Below are positions 1 to 12,994 of a stretch of DNA of 64,000 nucleotides, piece by piece. Source of the DNA: Eledone cirrhosa (lineage: Eukaryota). Under the pieces are notes generated by a model that was not told the origin of the DNA, ran no database searches, and worked only from the letters and a program-made list of their open reading frames with translations. The stretch lies in NCBI GenBank assembly GCA_964016885.1, contig OZ024744.1, positions 47,616,001 through 47,680,000 of the forward strand, given 5' to 3'. The first letter of the stretch is position 1, and every line of letters begins with the position of its first letter. Both the position numbers and the translations under genes were made by a program.

Positions 1-323
1 TCACATTTAATGGTCATTTTCTGTGTGAACTCCCTTTGGGCATCAACAGGCCTGAGATTGGGCGACCTCAAGCCTTGGAGACAGAGGACGTGACATAGAT
101 AAACAGCCCGCCTTAGATCAGGCCAAGCAGTTTGGAGCATTTCTTTATAGAGTAAACATGTAAACTATTGCTTTCCACAGACGCCTTTGGTCTCAGTGAC
201 TCTTACTCTCTCTTTCACCCAATCTCTCTCTCTTGGTCTCTCTCTCCACCCAGCCAGTGAAGTTCATGAAGTTTTTTTGATAAATACCATTTTAACTCTA
301 CTTTGAAAGAAACAAGTAATAAA

Positions 324-326
<3 letters not shown>

Positions 327-383
<57 letters not shown>
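327..383. repeat. (TA)n microsatellite
   Basis: Perfect TA run. Others at ~7942-8012, 9877-9936, 11257-11304, 30752-30805, 47654-47690. Confidence 0.98.
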
Positions 384-386
<3 letters not shown>

Positions 387-544
387 AAGACCTTACTTCC
401 CTACGTACAAAGCTAACCTACACTCAGTAGGCACCTCTTAACCAAATATACACCCGAACACACTACCCCTACTCCATTCTCCCACTCCCACCAACACCAC
501 CCTTTCTCTGTAAAGCTATGTTGGTACCAGAACATCCCATCCAA

Positions 545-805
545 ACTAAAGTGGTCATGCAGGTGTCATGACAAAATAATACCCAGTCCACACTGTAAAG
601 TGGTCATGTAGGATACACAGTAAAAAGCTTCCCAGTCAATAGTGTAAATGTGGTTGGTGTAGGGAAGGGCATCCAGCCATAGAAAATCTGCCAGATACAG
701 TCCTATACAAGCGAGACACGTTCACCCAATCAATCTTGCCACAAGTGGGACAAATCCCCTCTAACCCTTCCTAGCATGGAAGCTAGACGTTAAATGATGA
801 TGATA
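545..805 (+). mobile_element. RTE-LINE/SINE 3' tail module
   Basis: cccagtccacactgtaaagtgg...ggaagggcatccagccatagaaa...gacgttaaatgatgatgat. The same module follows RTE RT coding fragments at 9600-9760, 17450-17665 and 28050-28275. Confidence 0.75.
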
Positions 806-1364
806 TGTATATATATATATAGAGAGAGAGAGATATAGATATGCATATGTACTCACACACATATTTATAAATGTGTATAAAAACGCATATATATATATAT
901 AGGGAAGTCATACATCCTATTATGTGTTCAATTCTCAGCTAGGGAGGTACATTGTGTCCTTAAGCAAAACACATCATTCCACATGTCTCTAATCTCCACA
1001 GCTGAAAAAGACAAGTAGCAGCTTTATTTGGAGGTTTAGCATGGGTTGGATCATTCTCTGCCTCCAACATTTTCCCTGCAGCCACAAACCCAGGTTTTAC
1101 TACCTGCAATAGAGAGAAGAGGGAGATAGTTAAATACCGGGGCCTGACAAACCACTTCCTTTTGTCCTCACACTGCTGATTTCCTTCTCAAAATTAGAAA
1201 GACAGCAGCCCACTTGAGGAAGTAGTCTCATGAGGTGGAGTGGATGTTGCAGTGGGTGTCTATGGCTATTCTCTGTCGTAACACCTTTACCATTTTGTCT
1301 GTAGGGTGGGGCTGAAAAACAGACAGACTGAAATATAAAGTCTGTCCCTCTCCCGTTATTTTCG

Positions 1365-1550
1365 TTGGATTGGCAGTATCCGTAGAGCGTTGGACGCCAT
1401 GCTTTGACATATAGAGTTATCCCCCTTCATGATCTGAGTTCAAATCCCACCAGGGTTAACTTTACCTTTCATCCTTACGAGGTCGATAAAATAAAGTACC
1501 AGTAATACACTGGATAATTGCTGGCCTTGTGCCAAAAGTAAAAACAATTA
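1365..1550 (+). mobile_element. tRNA-derived SINE (family 1)
   Basis: A-box-like tggcagtatccgtagagc, B-box gagttcaaatcc, central ctttcatccttacgaggtcgataaaataaagtacc, tail ggccttgtgcc. Many copies in the window. Confidence 0.85.
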
Positions 1551-1788
1551 TTTTCGTTGTTTGATTCGTTTTTTTTTTTTCCATTACTTAAATATTTTAT
1601 TACCTTTAATAATGTGTTTTGGTTTAATATGAACAGTTATATAACATTAATAATGTTATTTATTAAAATCTGAATAAAGTACTAGCATATCTATTGAACG
1701 TATGAATCTAAACTATAATAAAAGGAGGAGCGCGGGACTGCGTACTGTTTATAATTTTTTATCCCATTAGTAACATAAGTTGGATTAC

Positions 1789-2197
1789 TTTGAATAAATA
1801 ATTGTTTCTACTTTAGGCACAAGGCCAGCAATTACCCAGCGCATTACTGGTACTTTATTTTATCGACCCCGTAAGGATGAAAGGCAAAGTCAACCTCGGT
1901 GGGATTTGAACTCAAATCGTAAAGGGACGTAACTATGCTGGAAAGCATGGCGTCCGACCCTCTACTGATACTGCCAATTCACCACCCTTTGAATAAATAA
2001 TTGTTTCTACTTTAGGCACAAGGCCAGCAATTACCCAGTTCATTACTGGTACTTTATTTTATCGACCCCGTAAGGATGAAAGGCAAAGTCAACCTCGGCG
2101 AGATTTGAACTCAGATCGTAAAGGGACGTAACTATGCTGGAAAGCATGGCGTCCGACCCTCTACCGATACTGCCAACCCACCCTTTGAATAAATAAT
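1789..2197 (-). mobile_element. Tandem dimer of SINE family 1
   Basis: Two near-identical ~198-bp units, separated and flanked by tttgaataaataat. Confidence 0.9.
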
Positions 2198-2459
2198 GAA
2201 TGAATATTACATAATTTAATTACTAAATTTCGTGGCTGTTGATTAAATACATTTTGTTTATTTAAAGATTCACTTCGTTAAAATTTCTGAAATGTCAACA
2301 CTTCCAGTCTTCGTTTAATTTCTGTGTATTATATATTGTCAATTACGATTTTATTTGATGTAACATATCTACATGTATATATATACTTGTGTATAATATC
2401 AATATACACACTACAAATGCTAGCAGAAAACCACCCGAAGGTTGTTTTCTGCTAGTTCA

Positions 2460-2815
2460 TATAACGGAAGTTGTTTCTGAATGTATTAAATTATGTAGGG
2501 GACTTTTAAGTCATGTCACCGGTGTCAACTAGACAGTGGAAAGTTATCTACAATGGCTCCATCGTTACAACTTATATATCCACATTTATGTTTAACAAAA
2601 TACTTTACATTTCCATTTCTTAAACATTTTATTACCTTTAATATTGTGTTTTGTTTTAATATGAACAGCTATATAAAATTAATAATGTTATTTATACAAA
2701 TCTGAATAAAGAACTAACATATTGATTGAACGTGTGAAGAAATATAACGGAAGTTGATTCTGAATGTATTAAATTATGTAGGGGACTTTTAAGTCATGAC
2801 ACCGGTGTCAACTAG
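2460..2815 (+). promoter_or_regulatory. Duplicated promoter-like cassette upstream of ZF-A
   Basis: aacggaagttg...attaaattatgtaggggacttttaagtcatg(tc)accggtgtcaac occurs twice (~2462-2530, ~2746-2812). Related copies on - strand at ~10.75, 14.7, 30.5 and 35.2 kb. Function inferred from position only. Confidence 0.4.
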
Positions 2816-3457
2816 CCAGTGAAATATTACCATTTATATCAGCTCCATTGTTAAAACTTAAACCTCATCTAATTTTATCTTTTATGGTGATTATTTCATA
2901 TTAAGTGAACGTTAATGTTTGTAAATAACATAAGGTGTCTTATTTACCTTATAGTTGTTGTTTTATCACCTGTATTATTAAATATTGAAGTGGTTGTTCA
3001 ACATTTTATAGGACAGAAAAATATTATTTTAATCAGAAATCAGTGAACATTTAATTTTTACTAACTTTTCTTGACTTTATATTTGGTCTTGGAAACTAAA
3101 GTACGCATTATTTCGTTTTCCACCACAACACAAACATTGTGAACTTTTCTATCTGAAGTGAAATATCTTGATTTATTACAACACTTACACACACACGCGG
3201 CTATTTATTTCTCTCTCTCATACCTACACACTGTATGTCTGTGTATATATATATGTATATATATTAACCTTCGTCTTTTGAAATTATGGATATTAATTCT
3301 CTTGTCACCTGAACTGTCCTCAATAACAAGAACCTTAACTATAGAAGCCTTATTCGTCTGTTTTATGGGCTGAGGATGTTATTGTGAATAGAGCTTCTCT
3401 CACTTTAACAAAAATAATAGTGGAATACTCCACAATAACCACACACACATATATATA

Positions 3458-3545
3458 TTTGCTCTACGGTTCTTATATATTTGATATATATTTATCCTTA
3501 TCGAGCCCTCTTTGGATTTTAGTCTTCAAAGTTATTATTATTACT
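3458..3545 (+). mobile_element. 3' terminal fragment of Penelope-like repeat inserted in a TA tract
   Basis: tttgctctacggttc...ccttatcgagccctctttggattttagtcttcaa matches 12451-12510. Absent at the paralogous site near 19905. Confidence 0.7.
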
Positions 3546-3680
3546 ATATATATATATATTAGCACTTGCTTTTTTTTCTTCCAAGATCAGTCTTACGCTT
3601 TCATACATCTTATTACTTTACCAACTGAATGCTACATTTCTTAATATATGAGTGGAAGTGGTGAGATTCCTTTATGAAAT

Positions 3681-4256
<576 letters not shown>

Positions 4257-4796
4257 ACCCCATCACTGTGAAATATGAAAAACACAAATATCTAGACACA
4301 CTTCGGAAGGCAGAATATAAAATGTGAAGCTTCAGAAATCTTATACATCTCAACATATATGTTGTGTGTGTGTGTATATATATATATATATTTTATTTTT
4401 ATTTTTTAATACATTACTCAAAGGGAAGAAATATACTGACATGTATCACAGATTACCACAATAACTAGGTAGCGGAGGACAAGATATGCTGGACATTGCT
4501 ACTGAGGGTAGGATGAGCTGGCTATTATTGTAGATACCTAAACATTGTAAGACCCTAGTGGGATGACTGAGATTGACCTACATAGATCAGATGTCTCAGG
4601 ATGTCCAGCTGGAGATTAATGATCTCAGGAATGCCATGGAAGATCGTGATATCTAAAAAAGAAGAGTAGAATTGTTCTGGCCAATCCACCTGACCTCGCA
4701 ATTCTAAACTATAATAAAGTAACGATCGCGGGACTGTGTACGGTTTATAATTTTCTATCCCATTAGTAAAATATGTTGCATCACTTCGAATAAATA

Positions 4797-4985
4797 ATTG
4801 TTTCTACTTTAGGCACAAGGCCAGCAATTACCCAGTGCATTACTGGTACTTTATTTTATCGACCCCGTAAGGATGAAAGGCAAAGTCAACCTCGGCGGGA
4901 TTTGAACTCAGATCGTAAAGGGACATAACTATGCTGGAAAGCATGGCGTCCGACCCTCTACCGATACTGCCAATCCACCGCCTTT
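4797..4985 (-). mobile_element. tRNA-derived SINE (family 1)
   Basis: Near-identical to 1800-1985; flanked by tcacttcgaataaataat on both sides. Confidence 0.9.
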
Positions 4986-5554
4986 ATTATGTAATATTCA
5001 TTTATCACTTCGAATAAATAATAAATGAATATTACATAATTTATCTAATAAATTTCGTGGCTGTTGATTAGATATATTTTGTTTATTTAAAGATTCACTT
5101 CTTTAAAATTTCTGAAATGTCAACACTTCCAGTTGGCCATCGCTTAAATAAACATTAATATATTTCCATCACTAATTTTCTCCTAATGCAGTTTATGTAT
5201 AATATCGTCTTTTTTAATGTATCATGGATTACGTTACTGATTAAATAAGACAGTGTAACGCAGTCTTCGTTCAATTTCTATGTATTATATATTGTCAATT
5301 ATGATTTTATTTGATGTATCATATCTACATGTATATATACCTGCATATAATAACAATATACACACTACACATGTTAGCAGAAAATAATAATATTAATATA
5401 TATTGATGAACATTTATTATGGTGAAATATGTTGGAAATCATTCTCAGAGGTTTTGTATTGTAATTAACAAATACACCCTGTAGAAAGTACCCCTTCATA
5501 TTATTTGTCATTAAGGGCTATTACAGAGACATAATCTCATTTCATTGTTGAGGG

Positions 5555-5770
5555 TCGTGGATTTGCAGAATCAGTAGAGTGTCAGACGATATGCTTTGTG
5601 TCATAAAGTTACAGTCCTTTATGTTCTGGCTTTAAATCATGCCATGTTCAACTTTGACTTTCATCCATTCAAGGTTGATAAAAAACAGTAACAGTAATGC
5701 ACTGGGCCTGATTTAATTGGCATTCCCCTTTCTCTTCAAATTGCTGGCCTTGAGTTAAAAGTAGAAACAT
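5555..5770 (+). mobile_element. Diverged SINE family 1 copy
   Basis: ttgcagaatcagtagagtgtcagac...tcaactttgactttcatcc...ttgctggccttg. Confidence 0.7.
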
Positions 5771-5779
5771 TTATATAAA

Positions 5780-6220
5780 GTCTATCACTTCCTCCCTCTT
5801 ATTCTCTCTCTTTCTCTGGAAGAAATCAACTGTTCAAACCTGGAGAGTGAAGGGCTCCACCAAGTTTCAAATGTCCAGTGACACCCCTATGACTACATCA
5901 TTAAAAAAAGGACATCAATGTGTTTATGTGTTTATTTTATAAACCTTAACTGGTTTATATTTATGACAAAATATCCACATGTCTTTAATATTTGTTGGAT
6001 ATTTCTATCTCACTTCCTCCCTCTTATTCTCTCTCCTTCTCTGGAAGAAATCAACTGTTCAAACCTGGAGAGCCAAGGGCTCCACCAAGCTTCAAATGTC
6101 CACAGTTCCACCCTTATGACTACATCAATTAAAAAAGAAAAACATTGATGTGTTTGTATGTGTTTACTTTGTAAACCTTAACTGGTTTCTATTTATATTT
6201 ATGACAAAATATCCACATGT
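5780..6220. repeat. ~223-bp local tandem duplication
   Basis: cacttcctccctcttattctctctc...ctggaagaaatcaactgttcaaacctggagag at ~5786 and ~6010. Confidence 0.85.
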
Positions 6221-7074
6221 GTAAATAAAAACAATTGCATAACTTTAATATTTGTTGGATGGTACTTTCATGGCGGTTGAAATTTTGACTTTTTAAAAAA
6301 ATAATTCACATTTGAAAATAGTTTACAACTTTCTTCTCTTTTTCTTCACCCATTTATTTCTGAGGGGGTTGTAGGGGTAGAGTCCTCACACACCCCTTGT
6401 AGGTCCTATGTGTGTAAAATTTCCTATTTACACTACACACACACAACAACACATCACCCTGCACACACACACACCACATCATACCACACCACAACATACA
6501 CATACCAACCAGGTAGTTATACCAACCCAGTATCTTGACTTTAGTGATTGTTTTGTAATAAATCTCAACATCTCAGTTCTTACCAAGTGGAGTGGAACTC
6601 ATCAGATTGGACCAAGGAAACAATGTTTCCATTGGTCTTTCCAATTGATGATATTGAATCGGATTAGAAAGAAAGAAAAAAAAATAGAGAATATATTTAT
6701 TTGCCGTTGTGTTGCCAAACGATGCCAAAAGCCATTGACCTGCATCTTCGGTCAAGAAGGCCATTCAAGCATCACTCACAGAAGCTGATACAGCAGCCTG
6801 CTTGACAGCCGATATAGGCAGCACCAACAATTATCACTACCATTAACAAGAGGAAGGCAGCGACAATAACAACGACCCCGCATCTTCGGTTAAAGAAGGT
6901 GTTCGAGCCCCAGCAACCAGCCTGGCAGCCCGAATAGGTATCAGTTTCAACTACCACCACCATCAACAAGAGGAAGGCAGCGACAGCAGTGACATTAACA
7001 ACAACAACAACATGTGTATACACCAACAACTTACCAGCAAACACTACCACTACCATTAACTAATTGTCTCCATT

Positions 7075-7585
7075 GATTTCAGTTGGTGGCAGCTTGTTGA
7101 CATCCATGCCAGCTGATGTTGACAGTTTGTGGGTCATTTTGGAATGTGATCCACCAGGTCATCTTCGGTTGGCCTCTTTTCCACTTGCCTTCAAGGGGAG
7201 CCCATGTCATCGCTGTTTTGGACAGGTGATCTGGTAGGTGCAGTATGTGACCTGCAAAATGGAACCAACGTTCCATGATGATCTTCTGCTGTGTATGTGA
7301 CCCTGCTCTCCACAGGATCTACCAGCTGACCTTTAGAATCTTATGCAGGCTCCTATAATGGAAAGTGTTTAGATACCTATCCATCTTCACAGTGTGTTTC
7401 CATTTTTCACAGTCCGAGATGGGCTTAGGAAGTACAATGCTAGTGTACAAGCGCAGCTTGAAATACAAGCTGATGGCTCTGTTTGACCAAATTGAGTGCA
7501 TCCATTGGAACACCGCAGTTACCTTTACAACCCTGCAGTTGATGTCCAGCTCAAAGTTGCCGCTGTTGCTCAGGATACTGCCAAG
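7075..7585 (-). mobile_element. Degraded RTE LINE RT C-terminal fragment (same type as 17951-19340)
   Basis: ORFs 7319-7513 and 7079-7276: KLRLYTSIVLP...SLHKILKVSW, HFAGHILHLP...EGKWKRGQPKMTW. Confidence 0.8.
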
Positions 7586-7724
7586 TATATATAGAAGATA
7601 TATATATATATTGTATATATTAGTGTATCAATAGTTGATCGACTTTAGTGAAATCGGACCGAGAAAACAATATTTCCTTGGTCTTTCCAATTACTAATAC
7701 TATCTATCGGTCGCAACTCCAGGT

Positions 7725-7842
7725 AGAAGGAGCAACGTGAAATAAAGTGTCTTGCTCAAGGACATAACGCATTGCCCAGTCCGAGAATCAATCTCACAAC
7801 CTCACGATTGCGAATCCAATTCTACAACCACTCAGCCACGCG
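7725..7842 (-). mobile_element. tRNA-derived SINE (family 2) head
   Basis: Reverse complement reads gcgtggctgagtggttgtag...tctcggactggg...ccttgagcaagacactttatttcacgttgctcc. Other copies at 28.5, 34.0, 42.1 and 50.7 kb. Confidence 0.8.
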
Positions 7843-7938
7843 TCTGTATATAGGGTATATATTAGTTGTGATGACACCGGCAGCAAGTTATATCAGCCAT
7901 TGACTTCACTTTGGATACCATCATATATTGTATGTAGA

Positions 7939-8014
<76 letters not shown>

Positions 8015-8017
<3 letters not shown>

Positions 8018-8875
8018 TAGAAATTCCAGAAAACAGAACCGAGACCCTCTCAGGGAAATGGCCTTGTCCAGTATGTAGGAAAGGCATTGGTAGACATTCC
8101 ATCCTCTGCCCCATATGGAGAATATAGGTACACAAGAGATGTAGTGGGATCTCAGTAAGTTTAGCTAAGAATGTAGGCTTTACGTGTGGCAGATGCACTG
8201 GAACAGAAAGCAGCAAACGATCGCAAGATACAAGCGCTACCAAATTCTAAGAGGGCTCTGTAGAAACAGTAGATAGCTTCTGCTACTTAGGTGACTGAAT
8301 TAGCAGTAATGTTGGGTGTGCTGAAAGTACAGTAACCAGAGTAAGAACGGGATGAAGGAAGTTCAGGGAGCTACTGCCACTGCTGGCTACAAAAGCTTCT
8401 CCCTCAGAATGGTATGATGTATCTGTATGTACAGCTATGTTACATGGTAGTGGCACTTGGGTGATGCATGCAGAAGTCTTGTGTAGATTGGAAAGAAATG
8501 AAGCCTGCAAGCTCCGGTGGATGTGTAATAGTAATATGCGAGAAAGTCGAAGCATAAATGAACTGAGAGAGAAACTAGGCATAAGAGAAATCAAATACTG
8601 TGTGCGGGAGAGGAGATTGCACAGGTATGGACATGTGTTGCATATGAAGGATGGCAGTTGCATAAAAAAGTGCAGAGGGCTCAGTTGTTGGAAGCCTTGG
8701 AGTGGGGAGACCTTGGAAGACCTGGGGTGAGGTGATACAAGCCGACCTTGTCCAATTGTAACTCTCAGAGGCGATGAGACATGATCGGGATCTCTGGCAA
8801 TGTGCAGTAATACAGAACACCCAACTTACCAGGAACACAAGCTGAAGCATATGTACAGCATGCCCCCCACCCTCC
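8015..8875 (+). mobile_element. 5'-truncated degraded RTE LINE
   Basis: SGKWPCPVCRKGIG, VDSFCYLGD, MLHGSGTW...LRWMCN...RRLHRYGHV. Homologous to 45724-46620. Confidence 0.9.
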
Positions 8876-9605
8876 CAGCCCACACTGTAACGTGGACATG
8901 TGAAAGACAGCAAAAAGCACCCAGCCCACACTGTAAAGTGGACATGTGAAAGACACAGCAAAAAGCACCCAGCCCACACTGTAAAGTGGACATGTGAAAG
9001 ACAGCAAAAGGCACCCAGCCCACACTGTAAAGTGGACATGTGAAAGACACAGCAAAAAGCACCCAGCCCACACTGTAAAGTGGACATGTGAAAGACACAG
9101 CAAAAAGCACCCAGCCCATGCTGTAAAGTGGACATGTGAAAGACACAGAAAAAAGCACCCAGCCCAGGGTGTAAAGTGGACATGTGAAAGACACAGAAAA
9201 AAAGCACCCAGCCCAGGGTGTAAAGTGGACGTGTGAAAGACACAGCAAAAAGCACCCAGCCCATGCTGTAAAGTGGACATGTGAAAGACACAGCAAAAAG
9301 CACCCAGCCCATGCTGTAAAGTGGACATGTGAAAGACACAGCAAAAAGCACTCAGCCCATGCTATAAAGTGGACATGTGAGAGACACAGCAAAAAGCACC
9401 CAGCCCATGCTGTAAAATGGACATGTGAAAGACACAGCAAAAAGCACCCAGCCCATACTGTAAAGTGGACATGTGAAAGACAAAGCAAAAAGCACTCAGC
9501 CCATGCTATAAAGTGGACATGTGAGAGACACAGCAAAAAGCACCCAGCCCATGCTGTAAAATGGACATGTGAAAGACATGGCAAAAAGCACCCAGCCCAC
9601 ACTGC
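8875..9605 (+). repeat. 48-bp minisatellite (~15 units) inside the RTE 3' UTR
   Basis: Unit cccagcccacactgtaaagtggacatgtgaaagacacagcaaaaagca; resumes into the normal tail ggttggcattaggaagggcatcc. Confidence 0.95.
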
Positions 9606-9873
9606 CAATGTGGTTGGCATTAGGAAGGGCATCCAGCCATAGAAAACCAGCCAGAAACACCCCTAAATGAGCTGTCACGGTCACCCGACACAACTTGCCT
9701 CAGAATAGGACCTGTGTAACACATGGAAGATAGATGTTAATCGATGATGGTGATGATGATGATATATATGTAGTGTATACATAGTATGTATAGTGCATAT
9801 ATATATATATGATAAATGTTGGTGTCAAGCTGTTTCAGCCATTCCTCTGGACATTATATATAGTGTATGTATG

Positions 9874-9939
<66 letters not shown>

Positions 9940-9959
9940 TATAAAATAGTTGTAATGTC

Positions 9960-10400
9960 ATCTCCTCTTCCAGTCTTCACAATTTGAGTTAAGCTCTCAC
10001 AATATTTGCCCCTGACTTTCTTGGTCATCCTCTACTGCAGCTTCCTTCCACTAGGATTTCCTCAGCTAGTCCAAGCTCTGTATTTCTCTCACATATACAG
10101 ATCCAACAAAACATGGCTGCTTCATTTTTCTTCAGGCTAATCGCATCATCTGCAGTCACAGCCCATGTTTCTCTACCATGCAGTATTGTGCACTTCACAC
10201 AGGCTTTATATACTCTTCCTTTTGTGGGAGAAACTTTATGTTATCAGCAATAGTAGTTCACTAAACTTCCATCCTATCCTTATTCAAGCCATCATACTCT
10301 TGGCACACCGTCCTCTGCTGCTGATTATGTCACCTAGATAGCAGAAGCTATCAACCACATCTATAGATCCTTCCTGTGACTGGAAACAGTTAATAATAGT
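9960..10400 (-). mobile_element. Degraded RTE fragment
   Basis: EGSIDVVDSFCYLGDIISS (ORF 10284-10607). Inverted copy at 15170-15590. Confidence 0.8.
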
Positions 10401-10798
10401 AGCACTCTTCCTCTCAATTTCTGCTGTGCTGCCTAACCAACCACTTCCTCTCTGTCCCACACTGCTGATTTCCTTCTCAAAATTAGAAAGACAACAGCCC
10501 ACTTGAGGAAGGTCCCATGAGGTCGAGTGGATGTTGCAGTGGGTGTCTCTGGCTATTCTTTGTGGTGACACCGTTGTCATTTTGTCTGTAGGGTGGGGCT
10601 GAATCACAGCTCAGACAGGAATATAGTGTCTTTCCCTCACACTCTCCCATTGTTTTCGTTGCTAGATACGTTTTCGTTACTATATAAAATATATTTAGAT
10701 TAATTAAAGTTATAATTAAGATAGCAGGCCGTTGACAATGTTTCACTTTCCGGTTTTTGACCGGTGTCATACGTTTAAAGTCCCTAATATAATTTAAA

Positions 10799-11250
10799 AT
10801 ATAAATATATTGCCTGTACGTTGATAAACACACTCTGCTGTGTGTAATCGTTTCTTATATTATATATATATATGTATAAATATTTCGTATCTCCAAGGAA
10901 ATACGGTTTTAGGAAGCCGTAGCTATGCAAACACCAGGGGGCTAACGCCCTCTGGTGATGTCCAGCAGAAGCAAGGGTGACAACCGTCTATGCCTTTCAG
11001 GCTTAACTTGCCTCCGTCAGGACGCCCCCCCCCCCCCCCCCACAACCGCTTGCGACTTTAGTCGCACCAGTTAAGCCTGAAAGTCATAGACGGTTGTCCC
11101 CCTTGTTTCTATTCGACAACACCAGAAGGCGTTAGCCCCACCGGTGTATTTCCTTGGAGATACGAAATATTTTTACATATATATACATATAATATAAGAA
11201 ACGATTACACACGAGAGAGTGTTTGTTTATCAACGTACAGGCAATATATT

Positions 11251-11256
<6 letters not shown>
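10799..11256. mobile_element. Foldback / MITE-like palindromic element (~460 bp)
   Basis: aatataaatatattgcctgtacgttgataaaca...tttcgtatctccaaggaaatac...gacaaccgtctatg is mirrored by catagacggttgtc...gtatttccttggagatacgaaa...tgtttatcaacgtacaggcaatatatttatatt. Confidence 0.85.
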
Positions 11257-11310
<54 letters not shown>

Positions 11311-11326
11311 TAAAATAACAGATTAA

Positions 11327-11377
11327 AGTTTAAGCAAAGAATCGCTGCTTTCACCCTTAACGGGATCTTCTGAAACT
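11327..11377 (-). ncRNA. Candidate type I hammerhead ribozyme (variant core), inverted copy
   Basis: Exact reverse complement of 12378-12428. Confidence 0.45.
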
Positions 11378-12377
11378 AACAAAGTCAATCTGTAAACGCA
11401 GAACTGGATATTTCAAGTATTACAGCCCCACGTTATACCCTAACGGATAGCACGATCTATACGTGGATATTTTACGTCTTGATGTGGGAGCTAAGTATAT
11501 GTTTTGTTTATTCCTTTACTTATTTGCATAGGTAAGTATATATTACCCATATGTTTTGTGAAGGTATGTATACCTTCTCGTACGGATATTTGACTGTTAT
11601 GGCGTATCATTTTTACATATTCTGGTATTTAGGGTTTGGCTATGTGTATACGGGAGTTTTGCGTCCGAGTGAGTATGCAGGTTCGTATGTATGGTGGGTG
11701 TGTGTATATGTGTACTTCTTGTTTTAGTTGACTTACGTCTCCGAACATTCATGTATTTATATGTAGGTATGAGTGTGCGCTTGTTATATACGTATTTATT
11801 TACTTATATACGTTTATATAATTATTTATTTATTTGTACACAAGCATACACACACACACATATTTATATGTGCGTGGTTTTGTATACCTATGGTAAGGTT
11901 TTGCGTATGCTTGTGATTGTACGTATCTGTTTGCGTGTATGTATTTATTTGTTTCTATTACTTCTGTATTGTATTTATTTACTTTGTTCTTAACTCTGTA
12001 GCGGAGATTCATTTGGTCTCCTAGTTAGAATTTTAGTCTACAACTTCTGCTATACCGTTTACGTTTTTTGTCTTTGCGTGCTTTTGTTCTCTACGCTGCA
12101 CGTATGACTTATTATCTTCGTTTTTTCGTTCATTACCAGAGAACGTCTCTATGCACCACCTAAGAGAACATTAGTCTACGACCTCTTTTATACCATATAC
12201 GTGGTTTTGTCTTTGCGCGTAATTGTTTTTCACCGCTCCTATTAATGACGTATTATTCGTTTTTTCCCGTTCTTTGCCAGTGAACGTTACCACGAACCAA
12301 AGTATCGTCTTCCTGTCTTCCTCCGGTTGCAACGTTTTTTGAAATATCCAGTTCTGCGTGTACAGATTGACTTTGTT

Positions 12378-12428
12378 AGTTTCAGAAGATCCCGTTAAGG
12401 GTGAAAGCAGCGATTCTTTGCTTAAACT
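12378..12428 (+). ncRNA. Candidate type I hammerhead ribozyme (variant core)
   Basis: AGTTT-CAGAAGA-TCCCGTTAAGGGT-GAA-AGCA-GCGATTCTT-TGCT-T-AAACT: stems I, II and III and the core fall in hammerhead order. Confidence 0.45.
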
Positions 12429-12513
12429 TTAATCTGTTATTTTAATAAATATTTGCTCTACGGTTCCTATATATTTTCCTTATCGAGCCCTCTTTGGATT
12501 TTAGTCTTCAATT

Positions 12514-12562
<49 letters not shown>

Positions 12563-12994
12563 TACACACATATATATGCCATTATAGTTTATTGTCACAG
12601 CAGGAAAACCTCCAATTATAAATTTACTTGATCATACTAACCTGGGACTTTATTTAAGCCAGACGGTGTTGTCTCCGTCAACGTTACTCTATATTTACTA
12701 TTATATTTTCGCAGGAAACATAACTATCTCACAAAATATTGAATCTATCAGATTTTGAAATTATTTATTTTGGGAACAATACCTTAACATCAGCATGAGC
12801 GGCTTGTGAGGGCCAGTTAGAACAGAAAATGTAAGAGAATTCTGGCCAGATACAGACGGTTTAAATAAATGATTTAATAAATAACAGCTCTATTGAAACA
12901 TTACTGTGTTGTTCTGAGATGATTTCAGTAAAATTTCAAATGGTAGAAGGACAAATATATTCTACATTTACTTTAATATAGATTTAAACAAAGA

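Larger units (their letters stand above)
11303..12530 (+). mobile_element. Penelope-like element remnant with inverted ~113-bp terminal repeat
   Basis: 11303-11416 is the reverse complement of 12339-12451. Inserted in (TA)n and carries a hammerhead-like motif. Homologous segments at 20905-21214 and 52685-52875. No intact RT/GIY-YIG ORF seen, so the class is inferred. Confidence 0.55.

Noticed and set aside
6785-7040. Gln/Thr-rich coding exon
   Set aside because: A ~120-bp imperfect duplication of low-complexity sequence with stops and no splice support.
8875-9605. CRISPR-like array (also 48380-48970, 26190-26535 and the satellites)
   Set aside because: Head-to-tail repeats with no unique spacers, no cas genes and a eukaryotic context.
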